Assembly: GCA_965199825.1 (NCBI GenBank)
Contig: OZ241329.1
Span: 480,001 to 544,000 of the forward strand
Reading direction: 5' to 3'
Source: Bdellovibrionales bacterium
GTDB lineage: Bacteria > Bdellovibrionota > Bdellovibrionia > Bdellovibrionales > UBA1609
Length of the DNA: 64,000 nt
Made by a program: the position numbers and the translations under genes. The notes beneath the pieces are model-generated. The model saw only the letters and a program-made list of their open reading frames with translations, did no database searches and was not told the origin of the DNA. Within the stretch, counting starts at the first letter, position 1. The number at the start of each line of letters is the position of its first letter. Positions 29,744-38,780 of this stretch are shown here, one piece after another.

Positions 29744-30491
29744 TCGCTACCTTGCCGAATGCGGGGTCGCCTCGCGCCGTAAAGCCGATGAGCTGATCTC
29801 AAAAGGTCACGTTCAAATTAACGGCAAACGTGTGACCGATCTCGGCACCCGCGTAAATCCAAAACAAGATCACGTGGTGCTCGACAACAAAGTTGTTAAA
29901 CCCGATATAGACAAAGTTTATTTAATGTTTCACAAGCCCGAAAATGTTTTAACAACGTTGTCGGATCCTGAAGGTCGACTGACCATTGCTGATTACATGC
30001 GTAAATTTAAACGACGGGTTTTTCCGGTTGGACGTTTGGACTGGGACACCGAGGGCTTATTACTTTTGACGAACGACGGCGAATTCGCCCAGCGCGTTGC
30101 GCATCCTTCCGAAAAAGTGACCAAGACCTATATGGCTAAAGTCAGTGGCCAACCTTCGGTGGCGCAGCTCGAAAAACTTAAGCGCGGCGTCTCAATTCCT
30201 GGTGGCGGCCGAGTGCATGCCGACCATATTGAGCGGGTTAAAAAAGGTTCCAAGGCTTACGACTGGATCTTGTTGGTGATTACCGAAGGAAAAAATCGAC
30301 AGGTTCGACACATGTTCCAAAAAATCGGGTATGATGTTCTTAAGTTGAGGCGCGTGTCGATCGGGGGACTTAGGCTTGGAAGTTTGCGTAAAGGCGAATT
30401 TCAGTGGCTCACTCCCAAAGATGCCGCTAAAGTTTTTGAGATGAAACACGTACGTGAAAAGCGTGTGGGGTCCGACAAAAAGAGGGGATAA
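29703..30491 (+). CDS. rluB: rRNA pseudouridine synthase, RsuA/RluB family
   Basis: S4 domain RLNRYLAECGVASRRKAD; catalytic GRLDWDTEGLLLLTNDG; EGKNRQVR. Confidence 0.85.
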   Translation: MAPAEATPTPIRLNRYLAECGVASRRKADELISKGHVQINGKRVTDLGTRVNPKQDHVVLDNKVVKPDIDKVYLMFHKPENVLTTLSDPEGRLTIADYMRKFKRRVFPVGRLDWDTEGLLLLTNDGEFAQRVAHPSEKVTKTYMAKVSGQPSVAQLEKLKRGVSIPGGGRVHADHIERVKKGSKAYDWILLVITEGKNRQVRHMFQKIGYDVLKLRRVSIGGLRLGSLRKGEFQWLTPKDAAKVFEMKHVREKRVGSDKKRG

Positions 30492-31571
30492 ATGTCGATT
30501 CAAGCCAAGAAGATTCTTGCAATCAAACTGCGCAAATTGAGCGAGCTGGTTGTGTGGACCGGTGCACTTCAATCGTTACGACAAGCCTATCCCGAAGCCG
30601 AAATTCATGTCCTGATTCCCGAAGAGATGAGCTACGTCTTTAAAGATTTCCCAGTCATTCAAAAAGTTCATCTTCTTCCATTAAACAAAAATTTTGCTCT
30701 GATCAAAACGCTGTGGAAATTACGCCGCGAAAATTTTGATTTGGCTTTGGCGTTTGATTCTTTCCCGGGCCTCAGCCGCTGGCTGAGACTTACCCGAGCA
30801 AAAGTAATTTGTGCGCACGAACATTTGCGTAAGAAAAAAAATCTGACCTCTCACCTTGGTGTCGATAACCCAGGTGAACTTGCCGACAATCTTCATCTCG
30901 ACAGCAAAGTATTATTTGCGTTGGGAATTCAAAACAGAATTTTGCAGCCTCGCATGTTCGTGCCTGAGCGTTTGCGCAAGCAAGCTTTTGAGCGCATGAA
31001 TTTTTCTTATGACAACCGTGCCGGCAGCTCGAAGGTGGCCCTCTTGCCCGGCGCTCATCGCGAGTCCAAGCGCTACCCTCGTGATCTGTGGCTTCAAATG
31101 CTAGATGCTTTGCTCATGCAAAAAGATATCACTCCTGCGGTTTTTGCCGATAAAGCCTTGGCTGAAGAATGGAACTTGCGCGCCGAGTGCTATCGCCGCG
31201 GTGTACGATTGTATGATGATTTGAAACTTGCCGATTTGCTCTCGTATCTCTCATGGTTTCAAGTTGCGGTTTGCAATGACTCCGCCTCGCTCCACTTAGC
31301 CTCATCGGTGGGAGTCCGAACGCTTGGTCTTTTTGGCCCTGGAAATCTCGGGCGCGAGCATGGCTACCCACGAGAGGCGCATTATATTTTGCGCAACAAC
31401 GTCGATTGCCGCACCGAAGGCCCCCGCGAAAACGAAAAGTTTCAGCACTGCAGCCTTGAACAATGCAGTCATATGACTTGCCTCAGAAACATTGCGCCCT
31501 CGCGCGTGGTGCGTGGGGTGAGAGATTTGATGGATGTTGTGCCGCATGTTCATCCGCGGAAGAAGGCTTAG
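30492..31571 (+). CDS. Glycosyltransferase family 9 (heptosyltransferase-like)
   Basis: KILAIKLRKLSELV, PGA..SKRYP, CNDSASLHLA..VG..TLGLFGP. Confidence 0.85.
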   Translation: MSIQAKKILAIKLRKLSELVVWTGALQSLRQAYPEAEIHVLIPEEMSYVFKDFPVIQKVHLLPLNKNFALIKTLWKLRRENFDLALAFDSFPGLSRWLRLTRAKVICAHEHLRKKKNLTSHLGVDNPGELADNLHLDSKVLFALGIQNRILQPRMFVPERLRKQAFERMNFSYDNRAGSSKVALLPGAHRESKRYPRDLWLQMLDALLMQKDITPAVFADKALAEEWNLRAECYRRGVRLYDDLKLADLLSYLSWFQVAVCNDSASLHLASSVGVRTLGLFGPGNLGREHGYPREAHYILRNNVDCRTEGPRENEKFQHCSLEQCSHMTCLRNIAPSRVVRGVRDLMDVVPHVHPRKKA

Positions 31572-32194
31572 CGCGCAAGCCAATCTTGAAGCATGACTAT
31601 ACAGTTCTTATATTCGCGGCCGATATAGTTTTCTAAACGTTCTGCCTCTTCGCGCAGATTTGATTTTTTTCCCACTCTGATTGCGCGCCTTGCAACGGCC
31701 ACCATTCTTAAGCGAAAAAGTTTTTCGAATCCCTCTTCAGTTTGCCGCTTTTTACCACGTGCTATTTTATCCAATAATGAAAAAAGATTTTCCTCTGCTG
31801 GCTTATCATAAGTTTCAAAAATCCTTTTTAAGAGATCCAGTGAACCGACCGTCCCGCTTTCTGCCACAAGTCTTAAAAAATAAGTGAGTTTTTTGCCGCT
31901 CCCATTCATTGAGAGAAAAGACCCAGGCGCTGAAAATTTGAGAAGTGAAGGCTTAAAATTTTTTGCGGTAAGTTCATTGTGCTCGGGATTCAAAATTAAG
32001 CGCGCAATTTCATAATGTCTTTTTAGCAGTGGAGTCTGGGAGAGCTGATCAATCATTTGATAAAAAGCATAAGGATCAAACACAAGAGTTTCTGCTTGTT
32101 CAGAGGACTTAACCTGTAAATCATTCGGACTGGAGTAAGCAAAAGAAGACTGCAGAACCAAAGTAATTAACGAAATAAAAATTGTTTTCATCAA
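31568..32194 (-). CDS. Secreted hypothetical protein between duplicated GT9 3' ends
   Basis: 208-aa ORF with signal peptide; flanked by the 31417-31573 / 32368-32494 duplication. Confidence 0.7.
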   Translation of the reverse strand: MMKTIFISLITLVLQSSFAYSSPNDLQVKSSEQAETLVFDPYAFYQMIDQLSQTPLLKRHYEIARLILNPEHNELTAKNFKPSLLKFSAPGSFLSMNGSGKKLTYFLRLVAESGTVGSLDLLKRIFETYDKPAEENLFSLLDKIARGKKRQTEEGFEKLFRLRMVAVARRAIRVGKKSNLREEAERLENYIGREYKNCIVMLQDWLAR

Positions 32195-32367
32195 CTCGAT
32201 ATACCGATCGGAATAAGATAAGGAAACAGAAGATTTTATAAATCACTATGACATTACATATTTCATGTGCGGCCGCCCTCAAAAGTTAAAAGAGTTTTTT
32301 AAAGAATCCTTTTTGAAGGTAGTTAGACTAACTTCTTAGGAATATCTGGAGTTTTATTGTGTAATTA

Positions 32368-32494
32368 AAGGCCCACGCGAAAATGAAAAGTCTCACCACT
32401 GCCGCCTTGAGCGGTGCACTCCTATGACTTGCTTTCGCAACGTCGCGCCTTCGCGTGTGGTGCCGCATGTTCATCTGCGGAAGAAGGCCTAGCG
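32368..32494 (+). pseudogene. Diverged duplicate of the GT9 gene 3' end (31417-31573)
   Basis: Translates GPRENEKSHHCRLERCTPMTCFRNVAPSRVVPHVHLRKKA-stop versus GPRENEKFQHCSLEQCSHMTCLRNIAPSRVV[RGVRDLMDVV]PHVHPRKKA-stop. Confidence 0.9.
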
Positions 32495-32498
32495 AATG

Positions 32499-32645
32499 TC
32501 GTGCCCGCTCCCAAGAAGATGATCGCGCTTGTAAACTCTGGCAGGACATTCAAATTCCTTTTAAGGATCGCATCTTATTTGTCGTGCCCGCTAGGTTTAG
32601 ATTAAACAAGATTCTCACACCGCCGGAGTTATCATCGTGCCCGCT
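32499..32645 (+). repeat. Three spaced TCGTGCCCGCT copies upstream of HNH gene 1
   Basis: Copies at 32499, 32582, 32635, co-oriented with the gene. Confidence 0.85.
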
Positions 32646-32866
32646 TACCTAAATATTAATTAAATCCTTGACGACTTTTTTGATCCTTTTTTTAACGAGG
32701 TAAATAGGCTTTACGACTTTCTTGATTTTTAAAGTCAAAAATTCCAATGATCTTTGTTTAGGGGCAAGAAAGTTGTACTTCTGATGATGCTACGAGTGCT
32801 GTGGTTGGCAGCTGAAATCTCATTCTAAAATGTCGTGGTAAACTCCTCCTTAAAGAGGAGATGTTT

Positions 32867-33679
32867 ATGAATCACGAAATCATTCACTTCAACGCGATGA
32901 AAGCTGCCGATCGACACCGCCAAACAGAATTGCAACTGCTTAATTCTTTAGAAGAGGTTTGGAAAAACAGAACCTATTATAAATACGGATGTCGCTCATT
33001 GTTTGACTATTCAGTTTCAAAACTTGGGCTTTCTGAAGAAGTCGCGAGCATTTTTAATAAGCTGGCCAAAAAATTTACCGAAGTGCCTGAGCTTAAAACT
33101 GCGATTGCTTCAGGAAAAGTTTCGGTTTCGAAAATCAATCGAATCTGTAGCGTGGTGGACGAGAACAATGCTGAGTATTGGCTCAAGGTTGCTGAAGGCT
33201 CTAAAAGAAATTTGGAAAAACAAATCGCATTGGCTCATCCCGAAAAAGCTATACCTGAGCGGGCACGATTGAAAGCGGTGGGTGAAACATTGAGGGTAGA
33301 AATTAAATTTTCTGTCACCGAAGAAAAATTTGAATCACTCAAACGTGCGCAAGATCTTTTAAGCCAAAAACTAAGGCGACCAGCGACTCTCGAAGATTTA
33401 GTGAACGAAGCAACCCAGCTCTTTTTGGAAAAGCACGATCCACTAAAAAAATCGTGCCCGCCAACCAAAACCGAAACACTCAGTACTGTTGTAAAAAGAA
33501 AAGTGCATCACCAGTATCAAAGCCAATGCACTCATAGAGACGAAAAAGGCAATCGATGTACAGAACAGCGATTTCTTGACATCCATCACATCATTCCGCA
33601 ATCCGAAGGCGGCACACACACTTTAGAAAACCTCACATTGTTGTGCGCGGGCCACCATCGTGCCCATCACGTTCATTAA
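32867..33679 (+). CDS. HNH endonuclease-domain protein with helical N-terminal region (DUF222-like architecture), paralog 1
   Basis: C-terminal QC-x9-C...LDIHHIIPQSEGG...ENLTLLCAGHH. ATG 32867 after GAGGAG (alternative start 32861). Roughly half identical by eye to 54514-55332. Confidence 0.88.
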   Translation: MNHEIIHFNAMKAADRHRQTELQLLNSLEEVWKNRTYYKYGCRSLFDYSVSKLGLSEEVASIFNKLAKKFTEVPELKTAIASGKVSVSKINRICSVVDENNAEYWLKVAEGSKRNLEKQIALAHPEKAIPERARLKAVGETLRVEIKFSVTEEKFESLKRAQDLLSQKLRRPATLEDLVNEATQLFLEKHDPLKKSCPPTKTETLSTVVKRKVHHQYQSQCTHRDEKGNRCTEQRFLDIHHIIPQSEGGTHTLENLTLLCAGHHRAHHVH

Positions 33680-33728
33680 ATGGAATATGCTAAGTATTTT
33701 AATCTGCTTGCAGACTTAGGTACGAAAG

Positions 33729-34226
33729 CTACGGCTGCGCGCGAAAGCTAGAATAAACCGCAAGCCGCTTTTCGAGATCCTTTAATCGCTCTTCCATTCG
33801 CGCGTTGAACTCGTTGAGTTTGGCTCGGAGTTCGGAGTTGAACTGCAAGCGGTCGGCTTGTTCTTTTTCGAAATATTCTTTTCGGCGTACACCTTGATCG
33901 GCGATCAGTGAGGGAGTGGTGCGACCTTCGCGCTCGACTTTTAGGGCTTTTGAGAAAGCTTCGGCGTTGGCTTTTTCTACCGCGGTGTAATGGGTGCGCC
34001 GGTTGCGGTCTTCGCGGTTGAATTTTTCGCGGGCTTCTTGCTGCATCGAAATAAATTTTTGTTTGATCTCGGCAGGCGGCAGATGTTGTGACATCCATTC
34101 TAAAACTTGTGCCTCATCTTCGTTATGGGCTGGCTCTTGGACGATGGGTTTTGGGGGCTCGATGACGATCTCACGCGACTTGCATCCAGCTAAACAAAGT
34201 AAGACGACTAGACTTTTAGTGAACAT
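33729..34226 (-). CDS. Hypothetical coiled-coil lipoprotein
   Basis: Lipobox LAGC; charged helical body. Confidence 0.75.
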   Translation of the reverse strand: MFTKSLVVLLCLAGCKSREIVIEPPKPIVQEPAHNEDEAQVLEWMSQHLPPAEIKQKFISMQQEAREKFNREDRNRRTHYTAVEKANAEAFSKALKVEREGRTTPSLIADQGVRRKEYFEKEQADRLQFNSELRAKLNEFNARMEERLKDLEKRLAVYSSFRAQP

Positions 34227-34318
34227 GGCAAATTCTTCCTTCTGACAAAAACCAAGATTAGATTGTTCAACACAAATGCCGCTCCGGACAATCTTATTTG
34301 GGAGTTATCCTAAGAGGA

Positions 34319-34954
34319 ATGATGTTTCTTAAAAGATTTCAGCCCACTTCGCTTTATTTGTCTCGACGCTCGCGCTTAGTCGATCGCGGGTTTCAGTACC
34401 GCTACACTTTGATCGTACTGAGTTGCGCCACACTCGGAACCGCTGCGGCCCTTTTACCCATTTATTATTTTACGAATCAAAATTATCAGATCTTTTTGCA
34501 GCTCGCTTCGGATCAAGCCCCTTCGCTTATTAATTCTTTGGAGCGCGAGCAAACGTGGTTGCAAATCATTTTGAGCACCACTCTGTTGGGCACGACCGTG
34601 TTCTTTTTTGTTTTGGGATTTAAAATTACCAATCGAATCATGGGGCCGCTCAAAGTTTTAAAAAACCATTTGAAACAAACCTGCCGTGGTAATTTTAAAC
34701 AAGCTCCCATCAAGGTTCGCGACAATGATGAGTTTCAAGATTTGATCGAGACCTACAATTATTTTTATCACTCGTGCCAACTTGCTTTAAAGCGAGACCT
34801 TGAGCTGTTAAGAAAAATTAAAGTTGATCCAAAAAATCGAGATGCTCATCACGCTTGGGTGATGTTGATTGAGGAAAAAACTCAGCAGATCGAAACTAGT
34901 CCTTCGACTTTCTTAAAGTCCGTTGAATCTCTCGATTCACGTCGCGTGTCTTAA
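34319..34954 (+). CDS. Membrane protein with HAMP domain
   Basis: Two TM segments followed by ITNRIMGPL...GNF...VRDNDEFQDL. Confidence 0.75.
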   Translation: MMFLKRFQPTSLYLSRRSRLVDRGFQYRYTLIVLSCATLGTAAALLPIYYFTNQNYQIFLQLASDQAPSLINSLEREQTWLQIILSTTLLGTTVFFFVLGFKITNRIMGPLKVLKNHLKQTCRGNFKQAPIKVRDNDEFQDLIETYNYFYHSCQLALKRDLELLRKIKVDPKNRDAHHAWVMLIEEKTQQIETSPSTFLKSVESLDSRRVS

Positions 34955-35345
34955 CGTCTTGGCGCTTGTCGCCTTTTTTCTTGCCGCGAGCCACACCGAG
35001 CTCAAGTTTTGCGATTCCTTTTTTAAAATACATTTTTAAGCAAACACAGGTCAGACCCTTTTCTTGAATATTGACCTGAAGATCTTTGAGTTGGTGGGCA
35101 TGCAATAAAATTTTGCGTAGGCGCTCGGGCTCATGATTGTTGTAGGACGATGCCATATAAACGCCGATATGGGCTTTTTGCAAAAACGCTTCGTGACCTT
35201 GAAAGGCCACATAGGCATCTTTGAGTTGGAGTTTGCCATCGCGAAGGGATTTGACTTCGCTCCCCGTGAGCACCAGGCCCGCCTCGAAAGTTTCGATGAT
35301 TTCAAAATCGAATCGAGCTTTTTTATTTTCGGCAATAATCTTCAC
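34896..35345 (-). CDS. smpB: SsrA-binding protein SmpB
   Basis: NKKARFDF, EAGLVLTGSEVKSLR, ARGKK..DKR. Confidence 0.97.
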   Translation of the reverse strand: MKIIAENKKARFDFEIIETFEAGLVLTGSEVKSLRDGKLQLKDAYVAFQGHEAFLQKAHIGVYMASSYNNHEPERLRKILLHAHQLKDLQVNIQEKGLTCVCLKMYFKKGIAKLELGVARGKKKGDKRQDVKTRDVNREIQRTLRKSKD

Positions 35346-36106
35346 AGAACCTCATTATAAAGCATCAGAAATTGATTGGGAGTCAGTGCTTCAGCCCGAA
35401 TATCTAATGAGATCTTGAGTTTGGCAAAGACCTCGTCAAGGGCGCCGTAGACATTTAAATTGTTGATTAATTTTTTGCGTCGATGTGAAAACGCGACCTT
35501 TGTGAATTTTAAAAATCCTGGGGGTAAAGTTGCAATTCGTGAAAACTTTAAAACTCGCGATGAGATATTCGGTGCAGGATAAAAACATTTAGGTGAAGCA
35601 TCCACCACCCGCTCAACCTTGAAGGCGAGCTGGGCGATGACCGAGAGCAAGCCATAATCTTCGGTGCGCGGTTTTGCCATAATTCTTTGGGCCACCTCTT
35701 TTTGAAACATCAAAATCATATGTGAGATCTCTGTTTGTAGAGCTTGGTCGATCACCAAACTTGCCGCAATTTGATAAGGAAGATTTGAAACCAAACACGC
35801 ATTTGGTTTTAAAAAATTCCAATCAATTTTAAGCGCATCCCCTTCAATCACCTCAAAGTTTTTTTGGCGCCAAAATTCTGAAAACTGGGCATCCATCTCG
35901 ATCAGCAAAACGGGTTGCGGTAATTTTTCGGTAATTGCGCCAAGGCCTGGACCAATCTCGATCAATTGCGAAAATGAGAGGCTACTGACCGCATCCACAA
36001 TTTTTTGGATCACCGCGGTCTCGATTAAAAAATTTTGTCCAAGACTGCGCTTAGGCGTGTGATTGAGTTCTTCGAGTCGGGCTTTTAGAATTTGAAGTTC
36101 GCTCAT
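35342..36106 (-). CDS. rsmA: 16S rRNA dimethyladenosine transferase RsmA/KsgA
   Basis: KRSLGQNFL, EIGPGLG, SNLPYQI, MFQKEVAQR; start at MSELQ overlapping the tsaD stop. Confidence 0.95.
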   Translation of the reverse strand: MSELQILKARLEELNHTPKRSLGQNFLIETAVIQKIVDAVSSLSFSQLIEIGPGLGAITEKLPQPVLLIEMDAQFSEFWRQKNFEVIEGDALKIDWNFLKPNACLVSNLPYQIAASLVIDQALQTEISHMILMFQKEVAQRIMAKPRTEDYGLLSVIAQLAFKVERVVDASPKCFYPAPNISSRVLKFSRIATLPPGFLKFTKVAFSHRRKKLINNLNVYGALDEVFAKLKISLDIRAEALTPNQFLMLYNEVL

Positions 36107-37131
36107 TGAAATTCCTGTGGCGAAAGGCGCGCCAGTGGCCCCAATTCTTGGGTCGAAAATTGGCCCATGGCCATACGCTGAGCTCCTACATAGGCCACCA
36201 TCGCCCCATTGTCGGTGCAATAGCGCGGAGGTGGTATAAACATTTTTTTATTACAGCTCGCGGCCCACTCTTGGGCTTTTAGTCTCAAGCGCGAGTTGGC
36301 CGAGACGCCCCCGGTGATCACCACAGACTCCGAGTCGCAAGCCGCCTTTGAGAGTTTTGAAATTAAACTGTCGACAATAGCCTCTTGAAAGCTTGCGCAA
36401 AGGTTTGCTTTTTGCGATTCAATTTCAATTGCGTTCATGCCTCCGAGTTGTCGAGCCGCCGCCGCTTTTAATCCAGAAAAACTAAAATCAAAACTTTTTG
36501 GGATGGCTCGTGGAAAATCAAAACTTTTTGGATTACCTTCTTTAGCCAAGCGATCCACCGCAATTCCACCCGGGAAACCGAGACCAAGCATTTTGGCAAA
36601 CTTATCAAAAGCCTCACCTGCGGCGTCATCAAGAGTGCGGCCGATGATTTTGTAGCGCCCTATACCTTCGCACACATAAAGCTGGGTGTGCCCGCCACTC
36701 ACAGCGAGAGCCACGTAAGGAAAGTGAAGCTCGGACTTTGCAAATTCAGAATCGAATAAAAATGGCGCAAGCAAATGGGCTTCGAGATGATTGATTCCTA
36801 AAAATGGTTTTTTGAAATTGAGTGCCAAAGTTTTTGCTGTTACCACACCCACCAATAACGAGCCCAAAAGGCCTGGTCGGTTAGTGACTGCAAGTGCATC
36901 AATATCCTCAAAATTAAGGTCGATCTTATTTAATGCGTGCTCGATCAAAGGCAATAAGGTCTCTGAGTGATTGCGGCTCGCAATCTCTGGCACCACGCCG
37001 CCAAAAGGTTGATGAGCCAAATCTTGATTGGCCGAAACCAGCACATGCACATAGCCTGTCATGTCGACCACGCTGACCGAAGTATCGTCACAGCTGGTCT
37101 CTATACCTAAAACTTTTTTTATTGTGGTCAC
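36103..37131 (-). CDS. tsaD: tRNA N6-threonylcarbamoyltransferase TsaD
   Basis: LGIETSCDDT, GGVVPEIASR, HLEAH, SGGHT, DDAAGEAFDK, CTDNGAM. Confidence 0.97.
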   Translation of the reverse strand: MTTIKKVLGIETSCDDTSVSVVDMTGYVHVLVSANQDLAHQPFGGVVPEIASRNHSETLLPLIEHALNKIDLNFEDIDALAVTNRPGLLGSLLVGVVTAKTLALNFKKPFLGINHLEAHLLAPFLFDSEFAKSELHFPYVALAVSGGHTQLYVCEGIGRYKIIGRTLDDAAGEAFDKFAKMLGLGFPGGIAVDRLAKEGNPKSFDFPRAIPKSFDFSFSGLKAAAARQLGGMNAIEIESQKANLCASFQEAIVDSLISKLSKAACDSESVVITGGVSANSRLRLKAQEWAASCNKKMFIPPPRYCTDNGAMVAYVGAQRMAMGQFSTQELGPLARLSPQEFQ

Positions 37132-37153
37132 AAGACTATGACCACTAGCACAT

Positions 37154-37786
37154 TTATTTACGGGCTTTGAGTAAAGATTTGGCCTTTTTCGCCTCTGGTG
37201 AGCTTGGATATTTTTCTACGACCTCTTCAAGAAACGTTTTGGATTCCGAAGTCATCCCCAATTCTTTAAAAGCCATACCGATTTTTAAACTGGCCTCAGC
37301 AAACTTTTTACCTTTGGGATTTTTCTCACGGTAGCGTTGAAAAATAACGATGGCCTCTTTGTACTCTTTGGCGTTGAAGGCGTCTTCGCCATCTTGAAAT
37401 CCATTTTTGTCGACTTTAGGAGCGGCACTTGGTTTTTTAAGCGAATCCAGCTCAGCATTAAGAGCCGCCACTTGGCTTTCCATTTTGACCAAGGCTTCTT
37501 CGTAGGCTTTGAATTTGTCGTTGGATTCGTCTTTGCCATGCAATTCGGTTTGTTTTTGGAGAGCGGTTTGAAGTTGAACCACTTTATTTTCGGCCTGATC
37601 CACCCGACCGTTGAGCACCCGAATTTGTTCGTCATACTCTTGCTCGCGCACAACTTCTTGAGCGTGGGTCTGCTGCATAGTTGAGACTTGGTCTTGCAGA
37701 TTGGTTTTTTGTTCTTGTTGCTCGCGCAGTTCGGCTCTGGTGGTGAGACATCCGGTTAAAAAAAAGCTTAGCAAAATAAATCTCAT
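37154..37786 (-). CDS. Tol-Pal-associated coiled-coil/TPR lipoprotein (CpoB/YbgF-like)
   Basis: Lipobox LTGC, coiled coil, C-terminal TPRs ending KYPSSPEA; downstream of pal. Confidence 0.8.
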   Translation of the reverse strand: MRFILLSFFLTGCLTTRAELREQQEQKTNLQDQVSTMQQTHAQEVVREQEYDEQIRVLNGRVDQAENKVVQLQTALQKQTELHGKDESNDKFKAYEEALVKMESQVAALNAELDSLKKPSAAPKVDKNGFQDGEDAFNAKEYKEAIVIFQRYREKNPKGKKFAEASLKIGMAFKELGMTSESKTFLEEVVEKYPSSPEAKKAKSLLKARK

Positions 37787-38085
37787 GGAGGTGCTCCTTG
37801 GCCGCTCATAAACTTTTTAACTCGTGCGGCGGTCTCGGCTTTTTCGGCCGTTTTAAGTGCGCTTAAAAAAAGTGGTCGCGCTTTATCAAAATTATTATCG
37901 TGGTAGTTGCGTTCAGCTTGGCGAAAGTATTCATCAGCTTGTGCCCAGATCAGGGGTGATAGGCGCGGGGCATCGGCCTCCCGAGCGCTTTTGACTGCAG
38001 CTCGGGCCAGCACGTAATCCTCATATGGCGGGGGCGATGCACAACCGACCAGCCCTGCCAACGTGAAGAAAACAACGAATCTCAT
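37783..38085 (-). CDS. Small lipoprotein (DUF4398-like)
   Basis: Lipobox LVGC; Ala-rich helical pattern. Confidence 0.65.
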   Translation of the reverse strand: MRFVVFFTLAGLVGCASPPPYEDYVLARAAVKSAREADAPRLSPLIWAQADEYFRQAERNYHDNNFDKARPLFLSALKTAEKAETAARVKKFMSGQGAPP

Positions 38086-38601
38086 TTATTTAGGTAATGG
38101 AACAAAATTAGCGCGACGGTTTTTAGCCATACCCGCTTCGGTATTGGAAGTATCAAGTGGCTTTTCTTTTCCGTAAGAAATAATTGTCAAGCGATTGGCA
38201 CTGATGCCCAATGACTGAAGATAATTTTTAACCGCTTTTGCACGACGCTCACCCAATGCCAAATTGTATTCGACAGATCCACGCTCATCGGTGTGACCTT
38301 CAACTTGAACCGTGGCTGAAGAATTATTTTTGATCCACTCGGCATTGCTTGCCAAAGTTTTGCGAGCTTCAGAACTGATCGATGCATCATCATAAGAAAA
38401 ATGCACGGTCTGTAGACCTTTGATATTGCCGCTATCTGATCCCTGAGCATCAAATTGCATATCTTTTGCGCCGATGTTGCTATCTGCAGACACATCGCCA
38501 TTGCCGGCTTGATCATTCGCTTGTTTTTTACTACCGCACGCTACGCTGAATGCGAAAGCTAAGCTGAGAATTGAAAGATTGAGGACCCGAGTGAATTTCA
38601 T
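38086..38601 (-). CDS. pal: Peptidoglycan-associated lipoprotein Pal
   Basis: Lipobox VAC; EGHTDERGSVEYNLALGERRA, SYGKEKP, KNRRA. Confidence 0.96.
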   Translation of the reverse strand: MKFTRVLNLSILSLAFAFSVACGSKKQANDQAGNGDVSADSNIGAKDMQFDAQGSDSGNIKGLQTVHFSYDDASISSEARKTLASNAEWIKNNSSATVQVEGHTDERGSVEYNLALGERRAKAVKNYLQSLGISANRLTIISYGKEKPLDTSNTEAGMAKNRRANFVPLPK

Positions 38602-38780
38602 AGTTGTCTCCTTAATATGGTTATACGCTGCCTATTCTAGAAGACTCAGCATTTTTGTCAAACTGAAGGGCACTTGCGCGAGATTTTTATTTTGAATTTT
38701 TAGAATCTGGTGACGAGGTCACTTGCTTGACTTTCAAGCTTCAACACGAAATCATGATGCTGCGCGGAGGGAATTTAAAA

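Noticed and set aside
32867..33679. IscB/HEARO or Cas9-like RNA-guided nuclease
   Set aside because: No PLMP or RuvC motifs; only a C-terminal HNH in a 270-aa protein.
34896..35345. tmRNA gene or integration site beside smpB
   Set aside because: Both flanks are coding and no tRNA-like ends were seen.
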